The notes: generated by a model from the letters alone, not told the origin. Counted from the stretch's first letter, positions 20,127-31,100 are shown. The stretch is 64,000 nucleotides of DNA from an uncultured Chloroflexia bacterium (GCA_963748625.1 CAVVJT010000003.1:128001-192000), one strand, 5' to 3'. Translations and numbers: made by a program.

Positions 20127-22967
20127 TTGCACCGCGGCCTCATCGCCGTCCTGTCCGCGCTCCTGGTCCTGCTGGCCATTCCGGCCGCACCGGTTCGAGC
20201 TGCCTCGGACGCCAAGGTCGTGGTCATCGTGGGTCCCGTCGGCGGCAGCACCGCCCACTACAAGTCCGACGCGAATGACATCGTCGCCGAAGCCCGCAAG
20301 TACACGTCCAACGTGGTCAAGGTCTACACGCCCAATGCCACGTGGGCGAAGGTGAAGGCCGCGGCCCAGGGCGCCAACGTGCTCGTCTACCTCGGCCACG
20401 GCAACGGCTGGCCGAGTCCGTATGCGCCGTTCCAGACCAACACCAAGGACGGCTTCGGCCTCGACCCGTCCACCGGCGCCGACTCCACCAAGACCGTCTA
20501 CTACGGCGAGGAGTGGATCCGCTCCTCGATCCGCCTTGCTCCCAACGCCGTGGTCCTGCTCTTCCACCTCTGCTACGCCTCGGGCAACACGGAGCCCGGC
20601 AAGGCGGTGGGCTCCTTCGCTGATTCGCGCGAGCGGATCGACAACTACGGGGCCGGCTTCATCGGCGCAGGCGCCCGCGCCGTGTTCGCCGAAGGTCACC
20701 CGGAGCACCCGACGGCAAGCTACATCCGCCAGCTGTTCACCACCGACCGGACGATGGAGAAGGTGTTCCGGTCCGCTCCGACATTCCACGACAACGTCCT
20801 GGGTCCCTACCCCAGCCAGCGCACGCCCGGGCTCCGCTACCTCGCCGACCCGGACACCGACACACCGTCCGGCTTCTACCGATCGCTGATCGGTGACCTC
20901 GCCCTGACCGCGCGCAGCGTCACCGGCCCCACGCTCGAGAGCACCGGAACCCACCCTGCCGACATCGTCGTGCCCGGCGCGGCCGAGGTTCGCGCCGGTG
21001 GAGCGGGCGTGTTCACGAGTGCGGCAGCGGCTGCGGATCCGGCCGCCAAGCCCGCGTCGACCCTCGAGGCAGGCACGCGGCTCCGCGTGGGCGAGGAAGC
21101 TGAACCGGCAGCCGACGGCTCCCGCATCCTGGGGGTCAGCGTCCTTGGCGGCGGGGCAAGCGGCTTCGTGCGCGCCTCCGACGTCGCCCCGCGGGACAGC
21201 ACCCCGACCGTCGCGTGGAACGCGGACGCCTCCAACGGGATGCTCTCGCCCAACGCCGACGGCCTGTACGACGCGCTGGTGGTGACCACCCGGTTCTCCG
21301 AGTCGGTCGCGTCGTCCATGGTGGTCAGGAACGCGGCGGGCACCAGGATCAAGTCGATGGACGCCACCAACGACATCGCGCGGTTCGCCTGGAACCTGCT
21401 CGACGCGGACGACAAGGCCATCCCGGACGGGACCTACACCTGGACGGTCAAGGGCAAGGACACCTGGGGCAACAGCGGCGTCACCCGCACGGGAACGTTC
21501 GTCGTGGACTCCACGGCGCCCGTCTCCAAGGTGGCATCCGAGGCCACCGCCGGCGGCGACGGATGGCTCGTCTCCCCGGCCACCATGACCGTCACCGCCA
21601 CCGACAAGCTCTCCGGCGTCTCCTACATCGTCTGGCGCGTGGACGGCGGCACCGCGGCACGCTACGGGGACCCGGTTGCGTACGGCGGCAACGGCACGCA
21701 CACGTTCGAGTACCGCGCCGTGGACAAGGCGGGCATCAAGGAGGCATGGCGCTCGGTCGACCTCAAGATCGACACCCGGCCGCCCGCGATCGCCCTCCCG
21801 TTCAGCGGCAAGGCCGGCGACGTGGCCGACACCTGGCGCAGCGACATCACGATCGCCCCCGACGTGAGCGACGCCACCTCCGGCGTGGCCACCAAGAGCG
21901 TGGCGATCGACGGCGCGGCCGCCGAAGCCCTCGGCAAGAGCGTCGCGGTGAAGGGTGACGGGGACCACACGGTCACCGTGAAGGCGAAGGATGCCGCGGG
22001 CAACGTGCGCACGACCACCGTCGCGTTCCGTATCGACACCACCGTGCCCGTCATCGAGCTGCCCGAGGCCCAGGGCGAGGCTCCCGCCACCGTGCCCACC
22101 GTCAGCCCCAATGGCGACGGCGTCGCCGAGAGCATCACGCTCCCCTTCTCCGTGTCCGAGGCGGGCAAGGTCACCGCGGTCGTCACCAACGCCGCCGGCG
22201 CCTCCGTTCGCATCTTGAGCGCCGCCGTTGGCGAAGGTGCGGGGTCGCTGGCCTGGGATGGCCGGACCGCCACCGGGAAGGCCGTCGCGGACGGGCGCTA
22301 CACCGTCACGCTCACGCCGCGCGACGTGGCCGGCAACAACGGCGAGCCGGTGGTCACTGAGGCAGACGTCTACAGCGCCCTCTCCTCCATCGCTCGCACG
22401 CCGTCCCTGTTCTTCCCCCAGGACGAGGACACGCTGGCACGCAAGACGGCGGCCTCGTTCACGCTCCTTGCGCCCGCCACGGTGCGCACGCGCGTGCTCG
22501 ACGCCGCCGGCGCGGTCGTGCGGACCGGCCTCGTCGACGCCGCCCTTCCTGCCGGCCCCGCCAGCTGGGTCTGGAACGGCAAGCGCGACGACGGCACCTA
22601 CGTCCCGCGCGGCACCTACCGGATCGAGATCGCCGCCACGAACGGCGCGCAGGCGGCGTCGCTCTCCACGCCGGTGCGGGCGGACGCCTTCAAGATCACC
22701 ACGTCTGCCACCGCCGCGACCCGCGGCAGGAAGCTCACCCTCACTGCCGTCACAGCCGAGGCCCTCGGCGGCACGCCCAAACTCGTCGTGCGTCAGCCCG
22801 GCCTGGGCGCCTGGACAGTCTCGATGACGAAGTCCGGCGCCACCACGTGGACTGCCACGATCACGCTCAAGAAGGGCGGCACCGCTGGCTCGCTCGGGCT
22901 GCTCGTGAAGGCGGTTGACAGCAAGGGTGGCGCCAACAGCAGCAGGATCGCCCTGCCGCTCCGCTGA
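20127..22967 (+). CDS. Large secreted protein: putative clan-CD peptidase-like N-domain, SH3-like domain, FlgD-Ig and Ig-like repeats
   Basis: Signal peptide after RBS AGAGGG and TTG start. VYLGHGNG and LFHLCYASG motifs, and repeated SPNxDG / WDG..G..V.DG.Y FlgD-Ig signatures. Confidence 0.8.
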   Translation: MHRGLIAVLSALLVLLAIPAAPVRAASDAKVVVIVGPVGGSTAHYKSDANDIVAEARKYTSNVVKVYTPNATWAKVKAAAQGANVLVYLGHGNGWPSPYAPFQTNTKDGFGLDPSTGADSTKTVYYGEEWIRSSIRLAPNAVVLLFHLCYASGNTEPGKAVGSFADSRERIDNYGAGFIGAGARAVFAEGHPEHPTASYIRQLFTTDRTMEKVFRSAPTFHDNVLGPYPSQRTPGLRYLADPDTDTPSGFYRSLIGDLALTARSVTGPTLESTGTHPADIVVPGAAEVRAGGAGVFTSAAAAADPAAKPASTLEAGTRLRVGEEAEPAADGSRILGVSVLGGGASGFVRASDVAPRDSTPTVAWNADASNGMLSPNADGLYDALVVTTRFSESVASSMVVRNAAGTRIKSMDATNDIARFAWNLLDADDKAIPDGTYTWTVKGKDTWGNSGVTRTGTFVVDSTAPVSKVASEATAGGDGWLVSPATMTVTATDKLSGVSYIVWRVDGGTAARYGDPVAYGGNGTHTFEYRAVDKAGIKEAWRSVDLKIDTRPPAIALPFSGKAGDVADTWRSDITIAPDVSDATSGVATKSVAIDGAAAEALGKSVAVKGDGDHTVTVKAKDAAGNVRTTTVAFRIDTTVPVIELPEAQGEAPATVPTVSPNGDGVAESITLPFSVSEAGKVTAVVTNAAGASVRILSAAVGEGAGSLAWDGRTATGKAVADGRYTVTLTPRDVAGNNGEPVVTEADVYSALSSIARTPSLFFPQDEDTLARKTAASFTLLAPATVRTRVLDAAGAVVRTGLVDAALPAGPASWVWNGKRDDGTYVPRGTYRIEIAATNGAQAASLSTPVRADAFKITTSATAATRGRKLTLTAVTAEALGGTPKLVVRQPGLGAWTVSMTKSGATTWTATITLKKGGTAGSLGLLVKAVDSKGGANSSRIALPLR

Positions 22968-22989
22968 TCCGGTGGATGCATCCCATCTC

Positions 22990-23270
22990 CTGGGCCGGCC
23001 CCCGCCCAGTTCCCGCGCAGGCCCTCGCCGCTGGCCTTAGCCGTACGCACGCCCGTCGCCAGTGCGCGCCGGGCGTGCGTACGGACGGGTGCCCTTCGAT
23101 TCCTGCGCGCCTGGGGCGCAGGAACGATGCTCCCCGGGCCCGGGAGGCGCGGACCTGCACGCTGGACGCGCAGGAGTGACGGGCCACGCTCCCGTACGCA
23201 CGCTGGCCGCGCACCCGCGAGCCGGAGCCGGGGGCCGCATCCGGGGGCCGCGAGCCGGCAGCTGGGCCAG
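22990..23270. repeat. Dispersed palindromic intergenic repeat, copy 2
   Basis: Core 23075-23201 matches copy 1. A perfect 15-bp inverted repeat spans 23041-23055 / 23070-23084, and CCGTACGCACGC recurs at 23192-23203. Confidence 0.8.
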
Positions 23271-23680
23271 CACCGTCGCTCCCGCGCCACTGACACGAAT
23301 TTGGGGGCTTGCGGGGATGGCGCTGGTGTTGATAATGAGGGCATAGGAACCCTCCTCCCCCTCGGGGACGTCCCGGAGGAACCCGGTGATGGCGATGCGA
23401 ATGGCCTCGGGCCGACACCTGCAGCGGCGCAAGGATGTAGCGCGCCGACCTGTCGCAGGCGTTGATGCATCGTGCGGCTCCGCGAACTCCGCGACCCGGC
23501 CCCGGGCGGGCAATCTCTCGAGCGACACCAGGGCCGGCTGACGCCGGCGGTTGGGACGAGTTCCCGCCGCCATTCGCACGAGGAGCCGGTTCTGCGCCCG
23601 GCTCCGGGCCATCATCAGCCGGGCCGTCGTCCGCAAGGACGACGGCCCAAGTGATTCTGGTGGGGGTAGACTCCCCCGCC

Positions 23681-24553
23681 ATGACCCTCCCGCCAGACCT
23701 TCCCAGCGATCACGACGCTGACCTCGTCCGCCCCGCCAGGCCTGACGAGGAGGCGGACACGACCGCATGGCACGCGGCCAATCGCGTCGCCTGGGACGAG
23801 GCCGCGGAGCGGTACGAAGGCTGGTTCGAGGAGGCGGTCGCCCTCATCCGGTCCGGCGGCTCCAACCTCTACCCGGTGGAGCAGGATCTCATCGGCGACC
23901 TCCACGGCGTCTGCCGCCGGGCGATCCACCTCCAGTGCGCCGGCGGACGGGACACGCTCTCGCTGTGGAACCTTGGCGCGGACGAGGTCGTGGGCGTGGA
24001 CTTCAGCCCCCGGATGCTCGATCTCGCGCGGCGGCTCACCGAAGCCACCGGTGCACCCGCGACCTGGGTGGAGTCGGACGTGCTCGACGTCCCCCACGAG
24101 CTCGACGGGACCGCGGACCTGCTCTACACGGGCCGCGGATCGATCATCTGGCTCGCGGACCTTGACCGCTGGGCGGCGGTGCTGCAGCGCCTGCTCGCGC
24201 CGGAGGGGCGGCTGGTCATCTTCGAGGGGCACCCTGCCGAATGGCTGTTCGACGGGGACGGCGAGGGCGGCTGGATCCTCACCGACTACGACTACTTCGG
24301 TGGCGCCGAGGCCTCGCGGGGCTGGGCCACGGAGTACATCGACCACCTCTCCATTCCCGACGAGGAGCAGGCCCTCAAGTACGCACGGGCCTGGACGCTG
24401 GGCGAGATCATCACCGCCCTGCTGGGCGCCGGCCTGTGCCTGGAGCGCGTGACCGAGCACCCGGTGGACTGGTGGGCGGGCCATCGCGACGTGCGCGCCG
24501 ATCAGCGCGGGCGCGTGCCGCTGTCGTTCTCGGTGGTCGCCCGCAAGGGCTGA
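23681..24553 (+). CDS. Class I SAM-dependent methyltransferase
   Basis: NRVAWDEAA, IHLQCAGGRDTLS, VVGVDFS and FEGHP motifs. Confidence 0.88.
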   Translation: MTLPPDLPSDHDADLVRPARPDEEADTTAWHAANRVAWDEAAERYEGWFEEAVALIRSGGSNLYPVEQDLIGDLHGVCRRAIHLQCAGGRDTLSLWNLGADEVVGVDFSPRMLDLARRLTEATGAPATWVESDVLDVPHELDGTADLLYTGRGSIIWLADLDRWAAVLQRLLAPEGRLVIFEGHPAEWLFDGDGEGGWILTDYDYFGGAEASRGWATEYIDHLSIPDEEQALKYARAWTLGEIITALLGAGLCLERVTEHPVDWWAGHRDVRADQRGRVPLSFSVVARKG

Positions 24554-24597
24554 GGCTGGCCGCGCGAGGCAACCGGGCCCGCATTGGCGCGCGGAGG

Positions 24598-25881
24598 TCA
24601 GGCCCCGGCCGGCGGGACCGGTTCGCGTTGCGCCTGCGCACCACGTGTCGCACGTGCCGGGTGGAGGCGGCCCGGGGCCAGCGTCCAGGAGACCGGGATC
24701 ATCGCCGCAGCGATCGCCACCAGCAGCCAGAGGCTGGCCGCGAAGTCCCCCGTCGCGTCCCTCACGGCACCCAGCGCGAACGGCGCGACCGAGGCGAGCA
24801 GATAGCCCACCAGGAACATCATCGCCGCGGCGCCACCGGTCTCGCGGGGACCATCGGCGATGTCGGTCGGCAGGGTGAGCACCAGGGTGAAGGTGGTCCC
24901 GAGGCCGACGCCCATAAGCGTCGCCCACAGGAGGGCGGGATCCGGGACGAGGACGACGCCCAGCAGGCCGGTGGTCGCCAGCACCGCGGCCCCCACCAGG
25001 AGCGAGCGGCGGGACACGCCACGGTGCGAGGCCCACGGAACGAGCAGGTTGCCGCTCAGGCTGGTGACGCTCACAAGCGTGAGGAGCAGCGCGGCGATGG
25101 CCGGGTCCCAGCCCCGCTCGATGTACACGCTCGCGAGCCACGCCATGACCCCGTAGTAGAGCCAGGACTGCATCCCGAAGAGCAGCCCGATCACCCAGGC
25201 GATGACGCGGCGCACGGGCAGTTGCGGGCGCACGAAGCGCGGTTCGGGAACCGAGGCCTCAGCGGGGTTCGGCTGCGGCAGGCCTCCCGCGGGGTGCGGG
25301 CGGCTCGTGCGGACCATGAGCACCCACGCGACCACCGCCGGCACGGACGCGACGGAGAGCGCGAGCAGGGAGCCCCGCCAGCCGCCGAGCGCGGTCTCGA
25401 GCGGGACCGCGAGCGTGCTCGCGATGGCGGCGCCGATCGTGATCCCGGCCGCATAGGCCGCGGTGCCCGCCACCATGCGCAGCGGCAGGCGCGAGCGCAC
25501 GTACATCGGCAGGATCGGCCCCACGACGGACGTACCGATGCCCACCCCCACGGTCAGCACGAGCAGGAGGCTCGCGTCACCCGCGAACGGGCGCAGCAGC
25601 GCGAACAGGAGCAGCAGCCCGACGCTGACGGTGATGCCCGAGCGCACGCCCGTGAACCGGGTCAGGCCGGGCCCGAACGGCGCGAACAGGCCCATGCACA
25701 GGACCGGGATCGTGGTCAGCAGGCCGACGAAGGCGTACGTGACGCCCAGGTCCGAGATGATCCCGGGCGCGAGCGGACCCACCGCCGAGAGTTGCGGACG
25801 CAAGGTGAGGGCGACGACGAGGAGCGCGGCAAGGGGGACCGCCTGGGCACGCGCTCCGGCGGGTCGGTTCGGGGAGGTCAA
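24598..25881 (-). CDS. MFS transporter, CynX/NimT (cyanate permease) family
   Basis: LRPQLSAVGPL, GLLTTIPVLCMG and FGMQSWLYYG..WL motifs. Confidence 0.88.
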   Translation of the reverse strand: MTSPNRPAGARAQAVPLAALLVVALTLRPQLSAVGPLAPGIISDLGVTYAFVGLLTTIPVLCMGLFAPFGPGLTRFTGVRSGITVSVGLLLLFALLRPFAGDASLLLVLTVGVGIGTSVVGPILPMYVRSRLPLRMVAGTAAYAAGITIGAAIASTLAVPLETALGGWRGSLLALSVASVPAVVAWVLMVRTSRPHPAGGLPQPNPAEASVPEPRFVRPQLPVRRVIAWVIGLLFGMQSWLYYGVMAWLASVYIERGWDPAIAALLLTLVSVTSLSGNLLVPWASHRGVSRRSLLVGAAVLATTGLLGVVLVPDPALLWATLMGVGLGTTFTLVLTLPTDIADGPRETGGAAAMMFLVGYLLASVAPFALGAVRDATGDFAASLWLLVAIAAAMIPVSWTLAPGRLHPARATRGAQAQREPVPPAGA

Positions 25882-25961
25882 GCCCCAAGCATGCCAGAGG
25901 TCCGGTCAGGACCCGTCCAGTAGGGATTGACGACGCCCTGCCGCAGGCCGACGATGACGGC

Positions 25962-26276
25962 ATGGACGAGGATCGGGCGATTCCTGACGAGACGGCGCCG
26001 CAAGAGAAGGCCCCGCCGGACGACGAGGCGGCGCAGGACGACGAGTTGACGCCCGTCGAGGAGCCGACGCCTGAGGATGTCGACGACTTCGACGCCCGTG
26101 AGGCGGCACGCATCCACCGGCGCGACCACGATGCGGAGGCCCACCGGCGCGAGCTCATGCGCCCCGGCATGGGCAAGGTGTTCAAGCAGATCACCGACTC
26201 CTGGGCGAAGGAGGCTCCTCCCGATCATGATCGTGCGCGGAAGGGGGCTCCAAGGGGCGACGATCGGCCACGGTAG
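25962..26276 (+). CDS. Small acidic hypothetical protein
   Basis: 104-aa ORF with plausible codon usage, divergent from the MFS gene. Confidence 0.5.
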   Translation: MDEDRAIPDETAPQEKAPPDDEAAQDDELTPVEEPTPEDVDDFDAREAARIHRRDHDAEAHRRELMRPGMGKVFKQITDSWAKEAPPDHDRARKGAPRGDDRPR

Positions 26277-26663
26277 CCGCCGAGGCCGCGTGCGTCGCCC
26301 GTTGTTGGTCCGTTCAACACAGCGCCGCGATGACGCGTGTCGTCACCACTGCAGCCGCGGGGCTCGGCGCTGGCATGGGCCGGGCGGCTACCGTGCGCCC
26401 ACGAGGTCGGCGATCGTCGAGTAGACGTCCCTGGCATACGCGGTCGGGGGCGAGCCCCAGGAGAGGCAGTTGCCGAACCTCTCCGCCCTTCCGATCCCCT
26501 TGAAGTAGAGATCCGCCATCAACCACCGGTCCTGGCCCATGGGGGAAGCGACCATCAGCGGGGCCGGTGCCGATGCGTGTCGCCCGACGGAGTCCCTCTC
26601 CGTTCATCGGACGACCACGATGGCGTCCGGACAGGCCCGCGGGAGGCCGGACGTCCGCCATCT

Positions 26664-28091
26664 TCATCGAGCCGGGACACGCGTGACCATCGTGACTCCA
26701 TCGCCCATCAGTGTCGTGACGAGGCTCCCGTCCGGGGCCACCGCACCGACCTGGTAGATGTCCGCATCTCCGGGCACCGCCTCCCCGATCTCCTCGCCGT
26801 CGACCCCGAGGTGGTGGATGAGGAACGCTGTCCCGTTGGCTCGCTCGATGATCCAGATGCTGCCGTCCGGAGCGACCGGAAGCGGAGCCGTGCCGAGCCC
26901 GTTGACGGGGAAGTCCTCGGTCTTGACGGGCCAGCCCGGGAGGGGTCTCGCATCGGGGCCGTACGCAACGACCAGGCCCGGCCGGGCATCGACGACCTTG
27001 CCGTCCGCCGGCGACCAGCCACCGGAGCCGTAGGCGACGTACACGACGCCGTCACCGGCGACTCCGGGATAGGTGGATAGGCCGCCCGTTCCCGCGGCCT
27101 TGACCGCGTCGCCGGAAGCCAACCCGTCGGCACGGAGCGGCGTGACCGTCGTCGGGTTCGTCGTCATCCACTCGCCGACCTGGAACAGGAGCAGGCCATC
27201 ACCCGCCGGTGCGAGATACGCGAAGCGACCCTTCTTCGTTGCGGGTTGCTGCCAGCCGGGAACGGGTGATCCATCGGGACCATAGGCAGTGATCGACTCC
27301 GCGTTGACCGTCGTGATGCCCTCGCTGTAACTGTGCACGGAGACGTAGAGCGGCCCGTCCCAGGTGCGCGGCAGCGGCCCGACAAACGCACTCATCTGGA
27401 GATCGAGCGGCCAGCCGGGGACGCTCGCTCCGTCGGCTGCCAGCCGCTCGACGGTGGAGGCCTCGCGGGACCGCCGATGCACGAATGCAATGTCGTTGCC
27501 CACGAGCACGGGGGCGGAGGCGAGATAGTCGCCCTCGATGGTGACCGGCCAGCCCTCGACGACGGTGCCATCCGGCGCAAGGCGGTAGACGACCACCGAT
27601 TGCGGAATCTCCTTCTGGGCATGCGGGTCCGGGCCGATCGTGAGGTAGACGCTGCCGTCATCTGCCGCCAGGGCCGCGCTGACGACGTGGTCGGCCGGGA
27701 TCGCCGGTCCGGTCCAGTCCGCCCGGGGCGCGCCGCTCGCGTCGAGGGCGACGAGTTGGACTTCGCCACGCTCGCCATTCGCGCCCACCGTGAACATCTC
27801 GAGGTAGGTCGTGTCGTCGGCGCCGATGACGAGGACCGTGGCGGTGCGGCCATCGGGCACCTGCCAGTCTGCCCACGTCGGCGCAGGTGTCGCCGTGGGT
27901 GCGGGCTCGGCGGTCGGTGCCGCGGTCGCGGCGGGTACTGCCGACGACGGCGCGACGGCCCCTTGGGTGGGGATCGCGGGCGCACTGGCTGCGACACCAC
28001 CCGTCGTCGCCTCCGGCGCTCCGCCGCATGCTGCCACGATGCAGGTCAACCCCAGCAACAGCGCCTGCATGCCCGTTCGTGCCGTACTCAC
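26664..28091 (-). CDS. Lipoprotein with Ala/Pro/Thr linker and beta-propeller-like GWP repeats
   Basis: Lipobox IVAAC and repeats APDGTVVEGWP / AADGASVPGWP / GPDGSPVPGWQ / GPDARPLPGWP. GTG start after a purine-rich RBS. Confidence 0.75.
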   Translation of the reverse strand: MSTARTGMQALLLGLTCIVAACGGAPEATTGGVAASAPAIPTQGAVAPSSAVPAATAAPTAEPAPTATPAPTWADWQVPDGRTATVLVIGADDTTYLEMFTVGANGERGEVQLVALDASGAPRADWTGPAIPADHVVSAALAADDGSVYLTIGPDPHAQKEIPQSVVVYRLAPDGTVVEGWPVTIEGDYLASAPVLVGNDIAFVHRRSREASTVERLAADGASVPGWPLDLQMSAFVGPLPRTWDGPLYVSVHSYSEGITTVNAESITAYGPDGSPVPGWQQPATKKGRFAYLAPAGDGLLLFQVGEWMTTNPTTVTPLRADGLASGDAVKAAGTGGLSTYPGVAGDGVVYVAYGSGGWSPADGKVVDARPGLVVAYGPDARPLPGWPVKTEDFPVNGLGTAPLPVAPDGSIWIIERANGTAFLIHHLGVDGEEIGEAVPGDADIYQVGAVAPDGSLVTTLMGDGVTMVTRVPAR

Positions 28092-28167
28092 GCTCCCATC
28101 CCCTCCTCTGCCGTATCGCCTCTCATCGCGACAGTCGCGACCCATGGGCGACTGCGCGTCCGGCCCC

Positions 28168-31100
28168 TCACCGCAGCACCACGATGGCATCGAGGCTGGC
28201 CCTCGGGTGGCTCGTGGTGCCGAGGTTGACGACACGCAGCGTGTGCTTCCCCGCCGTCGACCATGTCTTCGTGAACACGATCCGGCGCCACTGGGTGGAA
28301 CTCGCGTTGAGGTTGACCGTCGTGGCGTACCTGCCGTCGAGATAGACCTTCGCCTTCCCGTACCCGGTGCCCTTGGTGGCCACCCAGGCCACGGTCCGGC
28401 CGGTGAAGGTGTAGGTGGCCGAGGCTCCCTTCGCCTTGGCCATCCGGTAGGAGCCGCCCGAGGCGCTGCTTGCACGACTTGTGCTCCAGGTGCCCCGGTA
28501 GCGGACGGCGCTGCTCGACTGCTGGGTGCGCAGGACCCGGAACGCAGGTCCCGCCTGCGGGGCCGAGGCGTTGCCGGCAGCGTCGAGGGCTCGCACCGAG
28601 AAGCGGTAGGTCCGCGTGGACGAGGGCGCGAGGTTCCGGGTCGCGGGCGGCGTGACCGGGCTGGCGACCACCGTGTAGGCGCCGCCGTTGGTCGACTGCG
28701 CGAGCTCGTAGTGGTCGATGCCGCTGCCGCCTGTATCGCTGCCCGGTCCAGGCGAGCACGACCGGCACGGTGGAGGTGCCCAGCGTCGAGCCCGACCGTG
28801 ACGCTCGCCTTGGGTGCCGTGGCGACCGGGGGCGTCCGGTCGATCGTCACGACGGCCGAGACGATCACGGCCGACGGCATCGTGTTGGCCGCGGCATCGG
28901 CGACCGAGTCGCGGCTCCGAGGACGAGGCCGACGGTCCCTTCGCCGCAGCCGCTTACGGTCGACGGTGTACGAGTGGTCGCCCGTGGCGACCGGCTCCCC
29001 GATCTGGCAGCCGGTCGCGGTGCCGGTGACGGAGAAGTCATCAGCTGGCGAGGCCGCTGACCGCGATCGGGAAGGTCACCGCGAAGCCGACCACCGGCGC
29101 GTTCGTCGGCGCCGTCGGCCCGGCCAGGGAAGGGGCGTCCAGGGCGACCGCGACATAGGTGCCGTCGCCGTCGACCTGCGCCGTCACCATGCCCGCCTCC
29201 ACATCGACCGTGGTCGGAACGGGGACGAGCCCGGGACCTCCGCCGGCGCCGCAGCCGTCTGGCGCATCGGAGCGAGCTGCCGGCGCGTCCTTAACGACGA
29301 CGAACGAGCCACCAAGGGACCCCACGGCGGAGGAGTACGGGAAGGTGAGCGTGGCCGACGTCCCGGTCGCGAGGTTCAGGCCTCCCACCGCGTGCGGGAC
29401 ACCCGCCTGCGTGGCGCCGTCGGGCAGAGCTCACGAGCTTCTGCAGCGCCGAAAGCGTGACCTCGCCCGCGGTCGCCATGGCTCCCCCGCCGATCGTGAG
29501 GCGGCCAAGCCCGGTCAGCGTCTTGATCACGCCGCCGGCGGCATCGATCGGCACGTGGACGGCGGCATCGGCGACCGACCTCGGTGCCTGCCAGTGCTCG
29601 CCGTCATCCTGGCCGACCCAGGAGACCAGGTCGTTGTCGGGCGACAGGCCGTGGAGCAGGCGGTCGATCCCGCGATTGACCACCGGCGCCTCCAGGACGG
29701 CGCCGTGGGAGATCTGGCAGTGGAGGTAGTCGCCGCAGAGGCTTGCCCGCGCAGGACTCGGCCGCGTGGATCTCCCGTGCGTACACATTGGAGCCCGGCG
29801 GCCCGTCCTCGAGGAACTGGGTGCTGTAGAACCCGGACGAGAGGTAGGACTCGTCGCGCAGGTTGCCGACCGAGAGCACCGCGATCCCGGCCGCGCCCGC
29901 AGCCTCGGCCGCGTCCTGGTTGATGACCGGTGCCGTCTGGATCGGATGGGTGTCGTCGTCCCACACCTCAAGCCGGGAGGCCTTGGCGCCCCACGGCCAC
30001 GTCGGCGCGGGATCGGCTATCGTCGCTGCCGTCTGGAGGAAGTCGTCGAAGTCGGCCGGGGTCGGCATCGCCGCACTCCCGCCAGCTCTTGACCGCCGCC
30101 GCCGTCCACGCGGCGAGGTCCACGCCGCCCACCGGACTGTCGAGGCTCACGACGCCGGCCAAGGTCAAGCCGGGGATCGCCGTGACCATGTCCCTGCCAG
30201 TCGCCTGGAGCCAGGCAGGATAGCCGAGCGCGATGACGCCTCCCTGGCTGTGGCCGACGAGGTAGACGTCGACGCCTTCGTGGCCGACGGCGTAGTTCGT
30301 CAGCTCGGTGTGAAGCAGGGCCTCATCGTTCCAGATCGAGTCGAGCGTCTCGCACGAGTCATATGCCCGTCCAAACGTGCGCTGTGACGCGGTTCCGTCC
30401 TTGGCGTAGCTGAAGTCGACGAACACCTCGTTGGGCCACGGCTGTCCGGACGTGGCTGCGTTGGACTGAAGGAATGCCTGGTAGCTGACGTTGTTCCGGG
30501 GCCAGCCCGTGTCGGTCGAGCCCGTGTACCTCGACGTCCAGCCCCGGATGGACACGACCGCGAGCCCCCGGTACCGGTACGTCCCGACCTTGGTGGTCAC
30601 CCCGCCAGCCGTCACGGTCACGTCGAGTTCTGGACCGCCCTTGGCGGACGGCACCTTGCTGGCAGGGGCTGGTACGACGACCGAGAGTCGCGTCGGGCTG
30701 ACCTGGGTGAACGATGTCGCATCCTGGCCGCCGATGGCGACCCTCGTGGCGCCGGCGAGGCCGTCACCGGTGATCGTGACGGTGTTGCCGCCGTTCCAGC
30801 GCCCGCTTGAGGGGGAGACGGCCAAGTCCCCAAGTCCGACGACCAAGACCGGAAGGGTCCGGTCGGTGGTCGTGCCGTCGCCGAGCTGGCCGTAGTAGTT
30901 CCAGCCCCAGCACATGGCGGTGCCGGCGTCGAGGCGGGCGCAGGTGAAAGACCCGCCGGCGGAGATCGCGGTCACGCCGGTCAGGACGCCGGTGTTGCCC
31001 GCGTTCCGGACCGCGACCGGGAGGGACCGGCCGGTGGTCGTGCCGTCGCCGAGCTTGCCCCAGATGTTCTGGCCCCAGCAGGCAGCGGTGCCGGCGTCGA

